Notes: a model not told the origin generated them from the sequence alone. A DNA stretch of 36,284 nt from an uncultured bacterium (GCA_964426865.1 CAYRTQ010000001.1:32513-68796); one strand, 5' to 3'; positions 1 to 8,659 are shown, counted from the first letter of the stretch. Numbers and translations: made by a program.

Positions 1-598
1 CTGTTTCCGCGATATTCCCCAACTGGTCCCCTATATCGACCTGCCGCTCCAGCACATTTCCGCCAACGTTCTCCAACGCATGGGCCGTTTCACCACGCCG
101 GAAGATATTCGGGCCCTCATCGCGAAAATCCGGGAGCGCATTCCGGGAGTGGCGCTCCGTACTTCGCTCATCGTGGGTTTCCCCGGCGAGACGGAGGAGG
201 ATTTCGGGGAACTCCTCGATTTCATGGAGGAAGTGCGTTTCGAGCGGCTCGGAGCGTTCGTTTACTCCCGCGAGGAGGGCACCCGCGCCGCGCTCCTGGA
301 GAATGCTGTCCCCGAAGAGGTCGCCGCGGAACGCTACGACGAACTCATGCAGCTCCAAGCCGGGATCACGGAGGAATTTCAGCAGTCTCTCGTCGGCCGC
401 GAATTCGACATGATCGTGGACGAGATCGACCCCGACACCGAGGATGTTTTCGGGCGCTCCTACATGGACGCCCCGGAGATCGACGGCGCCATTTCCGTGG
501 GCGGCGGCATCGACCCCGACACCGAATTCTGCCGGGTCCGCATCGTGGACTCCGGGACCTATGACCTGGTGGGGGAAGTGATCGAGGAAGAAGAATAG
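1..598 (+). CDS. rimO: Ribosomal protein S12 methylthiotransferase RimO, C-terminal part (5' end lies outside the window; codons start at nt 2)
   Basis: The frame is open from the window edge. MiaB/RimO-type radical-SAM C-terminal motifs are present: YIDLPLQHIS..VLQRMGR and LRTSLIVGFPGETEEDF. A TRAM-like end follows (GREFDMIVDEID..GRSYMDAPEIDG). A strong terminator lies downstream. Confidence 0.85.
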   Translation, partial: CFRDIPQLVPYIDLPLQHISANVLQRMGRFTTPEDIRALIAKIRERIPGVALRTSLIVGFPGETEEDFGELLDFMEEVRFERLGAFVYSREEGTRAALLENAVPEEVAAERYDELMQLQAGITEEFQQSLVGREFDMIVDEIDPDTEDVFGRSYMDAPEIDGAISVGGGIDPDTEFCRVRIVDSGTYDLVGEVIEEEE

Positions 599-686
599 CT
601 GAAAGTCCAATGCCCAATGTGAATGATAAGAAATAATCCGTCGCTCCGGCACATTGGTACTTTAGCCACACTCCGTTTCCGTATTT

Positions 687-716
687 CAAAACCGGGTGCG
701 CCTGCACCCGGTTTTT
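687..716 (+). terminator. Rho-independent terminator after rimO
   Basis: Perfect 8-bp stem CCGGGTGC (692-699) pairs with GCACCCGG (704-711) around loop GCCT. TTTTT follows at 712-716 and an A-run precedes it. Confidence 0.8.
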
Positions 717-986
717 CATGCCCGGATGATGAGCATGTAACCGCGATCCGCCATCAAAAACATGTACACCAGTATTTTATTCCTCAATCCAATTCTCTAT
801 TTGATCCTATGCTCCGATACCGAGAGGCGGATATCGCGAGACCCCACACCTCTATTCTTCTATGGGGGTAAACTTTTTTCGCAAACCCCTTGATTCCCAT
901 CCCGAATCCGTGTATCTTGCCAAAAATAATGCTGCTACAAAATACAGCACTGACCGAATCTGACCACGGGAAAGGAATCGATCCCA

Positions 987-2324
987 ATGAATAACCTCGG
1001 TATGGTTGCAGTCCTGCTCTTTATCCTCTCTGTTTTCCCCCGTATCGCTCCCGCCCAAGGCGTCTGGACAAGCTACCCCGACACCCTCGAAATCCGGGAC
1101 ATGACCCTCCGGGGCGACTATCTCTGGTGCGCCACCAATGGCGGCATCGTACGCTACGACACCCGCGACATGTCCAGGCGGGTATACACAACCGCCGACG
1201 GTCTGCCGGGGGAGACATGGTCCATCACCGCGGGACGGGACGGAACGATGTGGGCGTCGGCGTATGGCCCGATGGGTCCGTCATCTGAATGGATACTCTG
1301 CCGCCTTCAGGATGAACGATGGGAACCCCACCGTACTCTTGATACCAACTCCTTCCCATGGAACGCCATCTCATGGCATTGCGGTCCCCGGCATATTGAA
1401 GCGGATTCAGGCGGGAATCTCTGGATGGGAAGTGTCTGGGGAATTCGTCCGAACGACAGTCTTTTTACAGTGAATGCTCCCTCGGTGGGATCCATCGCTG
1501 ATGAGTATTTATGGTATCTTCAGTCCGACCGATTCGGAACCCTGTGGGCGGGCACGCTCTATGCCCATCACAGTTATCGCCATTCATATTTCTTTCGCTT
1601 CAACGGGACCGGGTGGGAGAATTATTTCTTCTACACAAACCTGTGGGCGGATATTATTGTACCCGTGGTCGCCGGACTGGGCGGTGTTGTGTGGTTTTAC
1701 GAGCATTACGAAGTGCTGGGCGAGGGAATGAACGAGAGACTGGTGAGATTCGATGGACGGGAAACGGTTTACTTCCCCTATTCGGAAACGGGTATCAGCG
1801 GGAAAACGGTATGCGGCAATTATGGCCCCGGGGGTATGGTCTGGTTCGGGACGGATGCCGGTGCGGTGTATCTCTTCGACGGGGGGGGCTGGAAAGGATA
1901 TACCCCCGCTTCGGACCACCTCTTCGAAAGCGCGGTAAAGGCCATCGAAACCGCCCCGAACGGCGTTGTCTGGGTTGGCACGGACCGGGGGATATCCCGC
2001 TTCGTTCCGGAATTCCTTTCCGTAGGTGAAACCGTCGCCCGCCCCGTGGCGGTCCGTATCGACGGGAACATCCCCAACCCGTTCAACCCTTCCACCACCA
2101 TCACCTTCTCCCTCCCCTACCCCGGACGGGCGGAACTTTCGGTCTATTCCATCACCGGCCAGCGGGTCCGCACGCTCCTCTCCGTACCGATGGACGCCGG
2201 GACTCACTCCGCGGTGTGGGACGGACGGGATGACAGCGGGAAAGCGGTGAGCTCGGGAGTTTATCTCACGCAACTCCGTTCCGGGAAACAGGTTTCCAGC
2301 GGCAAGATGCTTTTGATGAAATAA
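987..2324 (+). CDS. Secreted beta-propeller repeat protein (two-component-regulator-propeller-like repeats) with T9SS-type C-terminal sorting domain, paralog 1
   Basis: Signal-peptide-like N-terminus MVAVLLFILSVFPRIAPAQG. Repeated 'LW..T..G(I/V)..(Y/F)D' propeller motifs. C-terminus NPFNPSTTITFSLP..AELSVYSITGQRVRTLL..GTHSAVWDGRDDSGKAVSSGVYL is typical of T9SS/FlgD-Ig-like sorting domains. Confidence 0.8.
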   Translation: MNNLGMVAVLLFILSVFPRIAPAQGVWTSYPDTLEIRDMTLRGDYLWCATNGGIVRYDTRDMSRRVYTTADGLPGETWSITAGRDGTMWASAYGPMGPSSEWILCRLQDERWEPHRTLDTNSFPWNAISWHCGPRHIEADSGGNLWMGSVWGIRPNDSLFTVNAPSVGSIADEYLWYLQSDRFGTLWAGTLYAHHSYRHSYFFRFNGTGWENYFFYTNLWADIIVPVVAGLGGVVWFYEHYEVLGEGMNERLVRFDGRETVYFPYSETGISGKTVCGNYGPGGMVWFGTDAGAVYLFDGGGWKGYTPASDHLFESAVKAIETAPNGVVWVGTDRGISRFVPEFLSVGETVARPVAVRIDGNIPNPFNPSTTITFSLPYPGRAELSVYSITGQRVRTLLSVPMDAGTHSAVWDGRDDSGKAVSSGVYLTQLRSGKQVSSGKMLLMK

Positions 2325-2373
2325 AAATGCCTGACGGCCCCGGAATCAACCCCCGCAAATAAGAGGGTTCCTC

Positions 2374-3660
2374 ATGAACAGCACCATATGCGCAACCATA
2401 CTGGCGGCTCTACTTCTCGCCGGGAGCCTGCCCGTTCTCGCGCAGGGGACCTGGACCCACTTCGCCTTCGACACGCCGGTCGTCGATCTCGCGATCAGCG
2501 GGGACAATCTCTGGTGGACTTCGGGAACCGGACTCCATCGCTGCCGGATGAGCGACATGAATCCCACGCTTGTTCTTCAGGACAGCAGCATCGCCGAGGT
2601 GGAACCGGGACCGGACGGCAGGATATGGATCATACGGAACGGTGGACTGACGGTTCGGGATGGCCAATCCTGGGTCGACGTCACCCGGAACGGACTGACC
2701 GCCCCGATACGGAAAGCGCTGAAAATCGATGGACGGGGAGTGGCATGGGCCCTCACCGATGATCGCAGAATCGCGTGGCTTGATGGCGAAACGTGGAATA
2801 CATTCCAGGTAAACACCGATGGCTGGAACACCCACGATCCCGGAGAAATGGTGTATCCTGAAATGGGAGATATCGCAGTCGACCGGGAAGGCGAACCCTT
2901 TATTCTGGTGGACATAGTAAAATCCTTCAGCGGAAACACCCGGTTTCACAATTTAGTTGTCCTGAAACAGGATGGCGGCAAGTTTGCCCAAACGGCTCCA
3001 ACCATTTCCTTTCCAACCAGCGGCTACGGTTCGGCATTTTATGAGGCCCTGCACCTTCATGTCGTGTCGGACCAGCTCATGTGGGTTGGATCCATCGACG
3101 GAATGATTGCCCAATATGATGGACAGGCGTGGACACGCCTGGGATGGAATCACAATGGCTGGACAACCAATTTCTTTCCGGAATCGTCGGGAAATCTGTG
3201 GGTGCTGGAATCCTCTCCCATTCATATCGACGGTGACGGCCAAACCGATTATTCCATTCCCGGAAGTTCACTGACGATAACCGTTTCTTCCGATAACACG
3301 GTGTGGATCGGAACCACCGCCGGGATATCACAATTCCGTCCGGATACGCCATCGCCGGTTACCACCGGGGCCGGCATCCCCGCGCGATTCGCCATCCGGG
3401 GGAATTCCCCCAATCCTTTCAATCCCTCCACCACCATCTCCTTCACCCTTCCTTCCTCCTCCCGCGCCGAACTCGCGGTATACTCCATCACCGGGCAGCG
3501 GGTCCGCACCCTTCTCTCCGGGCCAATGACCGCCGGGACGCACTCCGCGATGTGGGACGGTCGGGACGACTCCGGGAAGGCGGTAAGCTCGGGAGTGTAT
3601 CTGGTCAGGCTCCGGGCCGGGAAGACGGTATCGAGTCACAAGATGCTTTTGATGAAATAA
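2374..3660 (+). CDS. Secreted beta-propeller repeat protein with T9SS-type C-terminal sorting domain, paralog 2
   Basis: Signal peptide ILAALLLAGSLPVLAQG. Propeller-like repeats (NLWWTSGTGLHR, RIWIIRNGGLTVRDG, VWIGTTAGISQF). The C-terminal ~85 aa are almost identical to those of paralogs 1 and 3. Confidence 0.8.
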   Translation: MNSTICATILAALLLAGSLPVLAQGTWTHFAFDTPVVDLAISGDNLWWTSGTGLHRCRMSDMNPTLVLQDSSIAEVEPGPDGRIWIIRNGGLTVRDGQSWVDVTRNGLTAPIRKALKIDGRGVAWALTDDRRIAWLDGETWNTFQVNTDGWNTHDPGEMVYPEMGDIAVDREGEPFILVDIVKSFSGNTRFHNLVVLKQDGGKFAQTAPTISFPTSGYGSAFYEALHLHVVSDQLMWVGSIDGMIAQYDGQAWTRLGWNHNGWTTNFFPESSGNLWVLESSPIHIDGDGQTDYSIPGSSLTITVSSDNTVWIGTTAGISQFRPDTPSPVTTGAGIPARFAIRGNSPNPFNPSTTISFTLPSSSRAELAVYSITGQRVRTLLSGPMTAGTHSAMWDGRDDSGKAVSSGVYLVRLRAGKTVSSHKMLLMK

Positions 3661-3697
3661 CCATTCTGAAACCGGGATCACCGAAAAGGAGCATTGA

Positions 3698-4921
3698 ATG
3701 AGATCACTGTTTCTCGCTTGTGTCGTTTCTGTTTGTATGATCATCGGCAACTCAACTGCTTCCGCTCAGACTGTTGTGGGAGTTTATGAAAATATCAATA
3801 TGTGGGTGAGTGTCTCTCCGAGCGGAGAAGTATGGAGTTTTTTACGGCAAAGCGGCTCTTACTGGTCGCCGGTTCGATTTGACGGCCACGCGTGGAATGT
3901 GGTAACGGATGAGAAAGGGAATGCCCCGAAGTTCATGTTTGCGATGACACCGTATGTATTTGATGCGGCAGGGAATGTTCTGGCCGGATTTGATGGAGGA
4001 GTTGCCAAATTTGATGGCCGGAACTGGACGATCTACAATGAAAGCCCTACGGGAAATGCCTATTCCCTGGCTATTGCTCCCAACGGTGATCTATGGTACG
4101 GCTCGGATTATGCCATGATATTCAGGATGCATGATGGTGTCTGGACGCAGTTTAAAATGGACGAGGTATTCAACTGGGTGCAATCGATCGCTGTCACGTC
4201 TGATGGTACGGTCTGGGCCGGATTGACCGGAGCCGACTGTTACCGGTTTGATGGCGCTTCGTGGAGTAAACGGGGTCCCCAGGGAGGCCACTCCATGATT
4301 GTTGACCGGGATGGTGTGTTGTGGGCCGCGGTGAACGGGGGAATCGCCCGGTTCGACGGTACCGCCTGGGTTACCAACCAGCCTGCCGATCCTCCTGAAA
4401 ACATGTGGATACAAAGCCTTGCCGCCGGCTGGGATGATGCGATCTGGGTGGCCACTTCCGCCGGTGCATACCGCTTCCGGGATGGGGAATGGACACACTA
4501 TACCACCGATAACGGGCTTCCTTCCAATACCGTCCGGCATATTGCCGCCTCCTCGAACGGACAGGTCTGGTTCGCTACGGATAAAGGATTGGTTCTGATG
4601 GATACCCGTGCAACCTCGGTCGAAGAAAAACAAACCGCGCCTATATCATTCTCTATCCGGGGCAACGCCCCCAACCCGTTCAACCCCTCCACCACCATCT
4701 CTTTCTCCCTCCCCTCCCCCGGGCGGGCGGAACTTTCGGTCTATTCCATCACCGGACAGAAGATCCGCGCCCTTCTCTCCGGGCCGATGACCGCCGGGAC
4801 GCACTCCGCGGTGTGGGACGGACGGGATGACGCCGGGGAAATGGTTTCCTCGGGAGTTTATCTCACGCAACTCCGTTCCGGGAAACAGGTTTCCAGCGGC
4901 AAGATGCTTTTGATGAAATAG
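3698..4921 (+). CDS. Secreted beta-propeller repeat protein with T9SS-type C-terminal sorting domain, paralog 3
   Basis: AAGGAG RBS upstream of the ATG. Signal peptide SLFLACVVSVCMIIGNSTASAQ. Reg_prop-like repeats (VWAGLTGADCYRFDG, LWAAVNGGIARFDG, IWVATSAGAYRFRDGEW, VWFATDKGLVLMD). Same sorting-domain tail; the last ~70 nt match paralog 1 exactly. Confidence 0.85.
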   Translation: MRSLFLACVVSVCMIIGNSTASAQTVVGVYENINMWVSVSPSGEVWSFLRQSGSYWSPVRFDGHAWNVVTDEKGNAPKFMFAMTPYVFDAAGNVLAGFDGGVAKFDGRNWTIYNESPTGNAYSLAIAPNGDLWYGSDYAMIFRMHDGVWTQFKMDEVFNWVQSIAVTSDGTVWAGLTGADCYRFDGASWSKRGPQGGHSMIVDRDGVLWAAVNGGIARFDGTAWVTNQPADPPENMWIQSLAAGWDDAIWVATSAGAYRFRDGEWTHYTTDNGLPSNTVRHIAASSNGQVWFATDKGLVLMDTRATSVEEKQTAPISFSIRGNAPNPFNPSTTISFSLPSPGRAELSVYSITGQKIRALLSGPMTAGTHSAVWDGRDDAGEMVSSGVYLTQLRSGKQVSSGKMLLMK

Positions 4922-5077
4922 CGATGGGGTCCGCACGGATTTCGAAGGAGGCCGGGCGCATTCAACCGGCCCCTTGCATTTTTGGGGAATTGCGGTATAT
5001 TGAATATATTCAGTCAAATACACGCATATTCCCTTGACCGGTTCTCCACCAGCGACCGGACGTTCCCGGAGGTCACC

Positions 5078-5380
5078 ATGCCCGAGATGCACCTGTCCAT
5101 CCCCCATTTCCTCACCAAGGAAGAAGCCCTCTACCGTATGAAGCGCCTCATCGCCGACCTGCGGATACGCTATTCCGAACAGATCGCGGATGCCCATGAA
5201 ACCTGGACGATGAGCCGGGCGCACTTCGATCTCACCGTTCAGGGCATTACGGTCACCGGGAGCCTGGCGGTGGAGGACACCGAGGTGCTCATCGCCCTGG
5301 AATATCCGTCCATTCTCTCCCCATTTAGTTCCCGTATCGAGCGGTCCATCCGCGAGGAAGCGGAAGCGCTCCTGCGATAA
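5078..5380 (+). CDS. Small polyhydroxyalkanoic-acid-system-like protein (PHA_gran_rgn-like, ~100 aa)
   Basis: GGAGG at 5068-5072 precedes ATG 5078. Length and pattern fit my memory of the PHA-system protein family: 'hl..PH.Lt.EEA..R...L...L', then 'W......F.L...G..v.G.l.V' and 'RIE..I..E...LL'. The ORF-track start at 4982 adds an implausible leader. Confidence 0.5.
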   Translation: MPEMHLSIPHFLTKEEALYRMKRLIADLRIRYSEQIADAHETWTMSRAHFDLTVQGITVTGSLAVEDTEVLIALEYPSILSPFSSRIERSIREEAEALLR

Positions 5381-5411
5381 ACCGGGGCGGACAGTATCCC
5401 GGTCCCCCGTC

Positions 5412-5444
5412 TTTCCACCCCGTTCCCCCGGAACGGGGTGGAAA
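5412..5444 (+). terminator. Very strong GC hairpin downstream of the PHA-like gene (no T-run)
   Basis: TTTCCACCCCGTTCC (5412-5426) pairs perfectly with GGAACGGGGTGGAAA (5430-5444) around loop CCC. There is no U-tract, so it may act as an RNA-stability element or a factor-dependent stop. Confidence 0.4.
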
Positions 5445-5640
5445 AGGCCGCTGGAAAATTCCGCACCGCCCGTCGTCCCCTCCCTCCCGCGCCCCCTCTC
5501 CCGCCCCGCCACTCCATCCTTCTTTCCATTCTCTTTCTCCGCCCCACCGTGAAGGGCATCTTTAGCCTTTTTCCTTGATTCCGAAGGGGTAATTTCATAC
5601 CTTGCATATCTTTGAACCGTCTTCAGAAAAGGGGAATCCC

Positions 5641-5886
5641 ATGGCGAAAGAACGGACCATCGAGATATATGTGAACGATACCCTGTGCAAGGGAACGGAC
5701 GGCTGCGGGATCTGCATGCATGTCTGCCCGAAGGATGTGTACGCGCGGTCGAGCCGCCTCACGCCCAAGGGCATCCGTCCGCCCGAGCCGGTGCATGGAG
5801 AGGCCTGCACGGCGTGCATGCGGTGCATGATGTACTGTCCCGATCTGGCGATCGTGGTGGAAGCGAAGGAAAAGGGTGACGATTGA
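5641..5886 (+). CDS. korD: 2-oxoacid:ferredoxin oxidoreductase delta subunit (2x[4Fe-4S] ferredoxin)
   Basis: Two cysteine clusters, CKGTDGCGICMHVCP and CTACMRCMMYCP. About 81 aa, located directly upstream of the alpha/beta/gamma subunit genes. Confidence 0.8.
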   Translation: MAKERTIEIYVNDTLCKGTDGCGICMHVCPKDVYARSSRLTPKGIRPPEPVHGEACTACMRCMMYCPDLAIVVEAKEKGDD

Positions 5887-5963
5887 AGGCTGAGGCATGG
5901 AATCCGGAAGCGTGGGCGCGGTTTCCGCTTCCTTTCCGGTTCATGAGTCCCGTGTGATTATTA

Positions 5964-6078
5964 CCTTGTCAAGTCGATAGTGTCGGGTGTGGCGCTTCGA
6001 CAGGCTCAGCCCCCGCTGGCTGAGCTTGTCGAAGCCAGCCAGCCAAAGATTACACCCTGCATTTTCTGGTTGACAGAG
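5964..6078 (+). repeat. MITE-like dispersed repeat, copy 1 (between korD and korA)
   Basis: Shares the termini TGTCAAG...GGTTGACA and an identical 28-nt core CGCTGGCTGAGCTTGTCGAAGCCAGCCA with the copies at 26221-26359 (reverse orientation) and 32957-33239. Internal long stem: GCTTCGACAGGCTCAGC pairs with GCTGAGCTTGTCGAAGC. Confidence 0.75.
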
Positions 6079-6133
6079 TACTATTGCTCCATGCTCGAGC
6101 CTTCATATTTCATACTTCACAAAGGATACTGTT

Positions 6134-7291
6134 GTGAAAAACGAACGGATTCTCACCGGCAGGCATTTCATGCAGGGGAATATCGCCTGCGCCGAGGGGG
6201 CGCTGGCGGCCGGGTGCAGTTTCATGGCCGGATACCCCATCACGCCCGCCACGGAAATAGCGGAGCGCATGGCGCAGCGGCTCCCCGCGCTGAAAGGTGA
6301 AGACGGCGTCTTCATCCAGATGGAGGACGAGATCAGTTCCCTCGCGGCGGTGATCGGCGCCTCCTGGACCGGGAAGAAAGCCATGACCGCCACCAGCGGC
6401 CCCGGAATCAGTCTCATGGCCGAACACATCGGGTTCGCGGTCGGAACCGAAACCCCCTGCGTCATCGTGAACGTCCAGCGCGGCGGCCCCACCACGGGCA
6501 TCCCCTCGGTGGAGCTCCAGGGCGACATGCTCCAGGCGCGTAACGGCTCCCACGGCGAATACCGCCTGATCGCGGTGGCGCCCTCCTCCGCCCAGGAGAT
6601 GTTCGACCACACCGTTCTGGCGTTCAATCTGGCCGAACAATACCGCACCCCGGTGCTGGTGATGGCGGACGCTTTCATCGGCCACATGCACGAGCGGGTG
6701 GACATCCCGGAACCGGACGCCATCGGGATCGTGAACCGCCGTATTCCCGGCCCGGGATTCAACAGCGAGAAGGACCAGGGATTCCTTTCCGTGGATGTGG
6801 CTCCCATGCCGGTGTTCGGACACGGATTCAGAACCCACGTGACCTCCTCCTGCCACACCGAGACCGGCGGGCGGAATGTCACCGACGCCTCCGCGCTCGA
6901 CAATTTCATCCGCAAGCTCGCCGCGAAGATCGACACCCATCGCGACGACATCGTGAGGGTCGAGGACCATACCGAAGATGCGGACATCGTCATCTTCTCC
7001 TATGGCAGCATCCACCGGGTGGCGCTCACAGCCGCCGAGGCCGCCAACGCGGACGGGCTGAAAGTCGGCACATTCCGCCCGATAACCGTCTGGCCCTTCC
7101 CGGATCGTGAAATCGCCGCGATCTCCCGGAGGGCGAAAGCCATCCTGGTGCTGGAAAACAATCTCGGGCAGCTCTTCCATTATGTCCGGGCGGAGGCTTC
7201 CTGCCCCGTGCACTTCCTCGAACCGGAAATTCTGGGGACGCTCCACAGCGTGGACCGCGTGGTCGCAAAACTGAAGGAGGTGGCCCGATGA
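6134..7291 (+). CDS. korA: 2-oxoacid:ferredoxin oxidoreductase alpha subunit (probably 2-oxoglutarate-specific)
   Basis: GTG start. GNIACAEGALAAGCSFMAGYPITPATEI and MTATSGPGISLM..NVQRGGPTTG are hallmark KorA/PorA motifs. The stop overlaps the korB start (ATGA). Confidence 0.9.
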   Translation: MKNERILTGRHFMQGNIACAEGALAAGCSFMAGYPITPATEIAERMAQRLPALKGEDGVFIQMEDEISSLAAVIGASWTGKKAMTATSGPGISLMAEHIGFAVGTETPCVIVNVQRGGPTTGIPSVELQGDMLQARNGSHGEYRLIAVAPSSAQEMFDHTVLAFNLAEQYRTPVLVMADAFIGHMHERVDIPEPDAIGIVNRRIPGPGFNSEKDQGFLSVDVAPMPVFGHGFRTHVTSSCHTETGGRNVTDASALDNFIRKLAAKIDTHRDDIVRVEDHTEDADIVIFSYGSIHRVALTAAEAANADGLKVGTFRPITVWPFPDREIAAISRRAKAILVLENNLGQLFHYVRAEASCPVHFLEPEILGTLHSVDRVVAKLKEVAR

Positions 7292-8130
7292 GCCTGACCC
7301 ATCCACTCCATACATACGTCCGCCCCTCGGCATTGCGCACCGCCAACTGTCCGGGCTGCGGCAACGGCATTCTCGCCTCGGCCATCCTGCGCGCCATCGA
7401 TGAGGAACAGCTCTCCCTGGACGACTTCACGTTCGTTTCCGGCATCGGGTGCGCGGCCTGGATTCCCAGCCCGTTCGTCTATTCCGATGTCCTGCACACC
7501 ACGCACGGCCGTCCCATCGCCTTCGCCACCGGGGTGAAACTGGCCGCCCCGGATCGCCGGGTGATGGTGGTTTCCGGTGACGGCGACCTTCTGGCCATCG
7601 GCGGCAACCATTTCATTCACGCCGCCCGGCGCAATATCGACATGACCGTGATCTGTGTAAACAACGGCATCTATGGCATGACCGGCGGCCAGGCCGCCCC
7701 CACCACGCCGCTTGGGCTGAAAACCGCCACCACGCCCTATGGGAGCGTGGAGAACACGTTCGATATCTCCGGGCTGGCCATCGCGGCGGGCGCGACCTTC
7801 GTGGCCCGCTGGACCGTGTACCAGACCCGGCAGATCACGCGGACCATCCGCAAGGCGTTTTCCCATAAAGGCTTCTCCCTCATCGAGATCATGAGCCAGT
7901 GCCCGGTGCAGTTCGGCAGAAAGACCGGACGGGGCAGCGCGGTGAAAATGCTCGATTATTTCAAGGATCAATCCGTGCCGCTGGCGAAAGCCGCCGGGAT
8001 GACCCCGGAGGAACTGGACGGGAAAATCGTGGTCGGGGAGCTGCTCGATATCGAGAAGCCGGTGCTGGATGTGGAACTGGCGCGCCTGCGGGAGCGCCTG
8101 AGAAAGGAGGCGGGGAATGCCGAGAACTGA
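7288..8130 (+). CDS. korB: 2-oxoacid:ferredoxin oxidoreductase beta subunit (TPP-binding)
   Basis: CPGCGNGI motif. TPP motif SGDGDLLAIGGNHFIHAARRNIDMTVICVNNGIYGMTGGQ. The 280-aa size fits Kor-type beta subunits. Confidence 0.9.
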   Translation: MSLTHPLHTYVRPSALRTANCPGCGNGILASAILRAIDEEQLSLDDFTFVSGIGCAAWIPSPFVYSDVLHTTHGRPIAFATGVKLAAPDRRVMVVSGDGDLLAIGGNHFIHAARRNIDMTVICVNNGIYGMTGGQAAPTTPLGLKTATTPYGSVENTFDISGLAIAAGATFVARWTVYQTRQITRTIRKAFSHKGFSLIEIMSQCPVQFGRKTGRGSAVKMLDYFKDQSVPLAKAAGMTPEELDGKIVVGELLDIEKPVLDVELARLRERLRKEAGNAEN

Positions 8131-8659
8131 GATCCGTTTCGCGGGCTTCGGCGGACAGGGAGTGGTGCTCGCGGGCATGCTCCTCGGCGAGGCGGCGGTC
8201 ATCCGGGAGGGCATGCACGCCATCCAGACCCAGACTTACGGCGCGGCGGCGCGGGGCGGCGCGGCGCGATCCGACGTGATCCTGAGCGACACGCCCATCG
8301 TGTACCCCCAGGTGACCGCGCCGGACGTCATGGTGGCGTTCACCCTGGAAGCGCTGAACAAGTATATGGGCCAGTTGAAGGAGGGCGCGCTCCTCATTGT
8401 GGACAGTTCCCTGTTCACCCCGCCGGACGGGCTTCCTTTCCGCGTTCACGTCTGTCCGGCCACCCGCACGGCCTCGGATGAACTGGGCAAGGGCATTGTG
8501 GCCAACATGGTCATGCTCGGATTCCTCACCGCGCTCACCGGTCTGGTCAGCGCGGAGGCTCTGGAAAAGACCATCCGCGGCAATGTCCCCAAAGGCACCG
8601 AGGAACTGAACCTCACCGCGTTCCGTCGGGGAATGGAACTGGCGAAGGCGCGGGAATAA
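8117..8659 (+). CDS. korC: 2-oxoacid:ferredoxin oxidoreductase gamma subunit
   Basis: The N-terminus IRFAGFGGQGVVLAGMLLGEAA is typical of the gamma subunit. 180 aa. Overlaps korB by 14 nt. Confidence 0.85.
   Translation: MPRTEIRFAGFGGQGVVLAGMLLGEAAVIREGMHAIQTQTYGAAARGGAARSDVILSDTPIVYPQVTAPDVMVAFTLEALNKYMGQLKEGALLIVDSSLFTPPDGLPFRVHVCPATRTASDELGKGIVANMVMLGFLTALTGLVSAEALEKTIRGNVPKGTEELNLTAFRRGMELAKARE

Noticed and set aside
4982-5077. N-terminal extensions of tracked ORFs (4982 for the PHA-like gene, 11982 for SGNH, 15360 for sucC, 23646 for DUF116, 30254 for DoxX, 33350 for the kinase)
   Set aside because: Internal starts preceded by SD-like sequences give N-termini that match family expectations, such as signal peptides or canonical first residues. 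The extensions are non-homologous or low-complexity.
5980-6300. ORFs reading through MITE copies (5980-6300 +, 26138-26362 -, 33000-33542 -), giving FDKLSQR/LAELVEAS-type peptides
   Set aside because: They arise from the repeat sequence itself. They have no RBS or coding signal, and 5980-6300 overlaps the genuine korA start.
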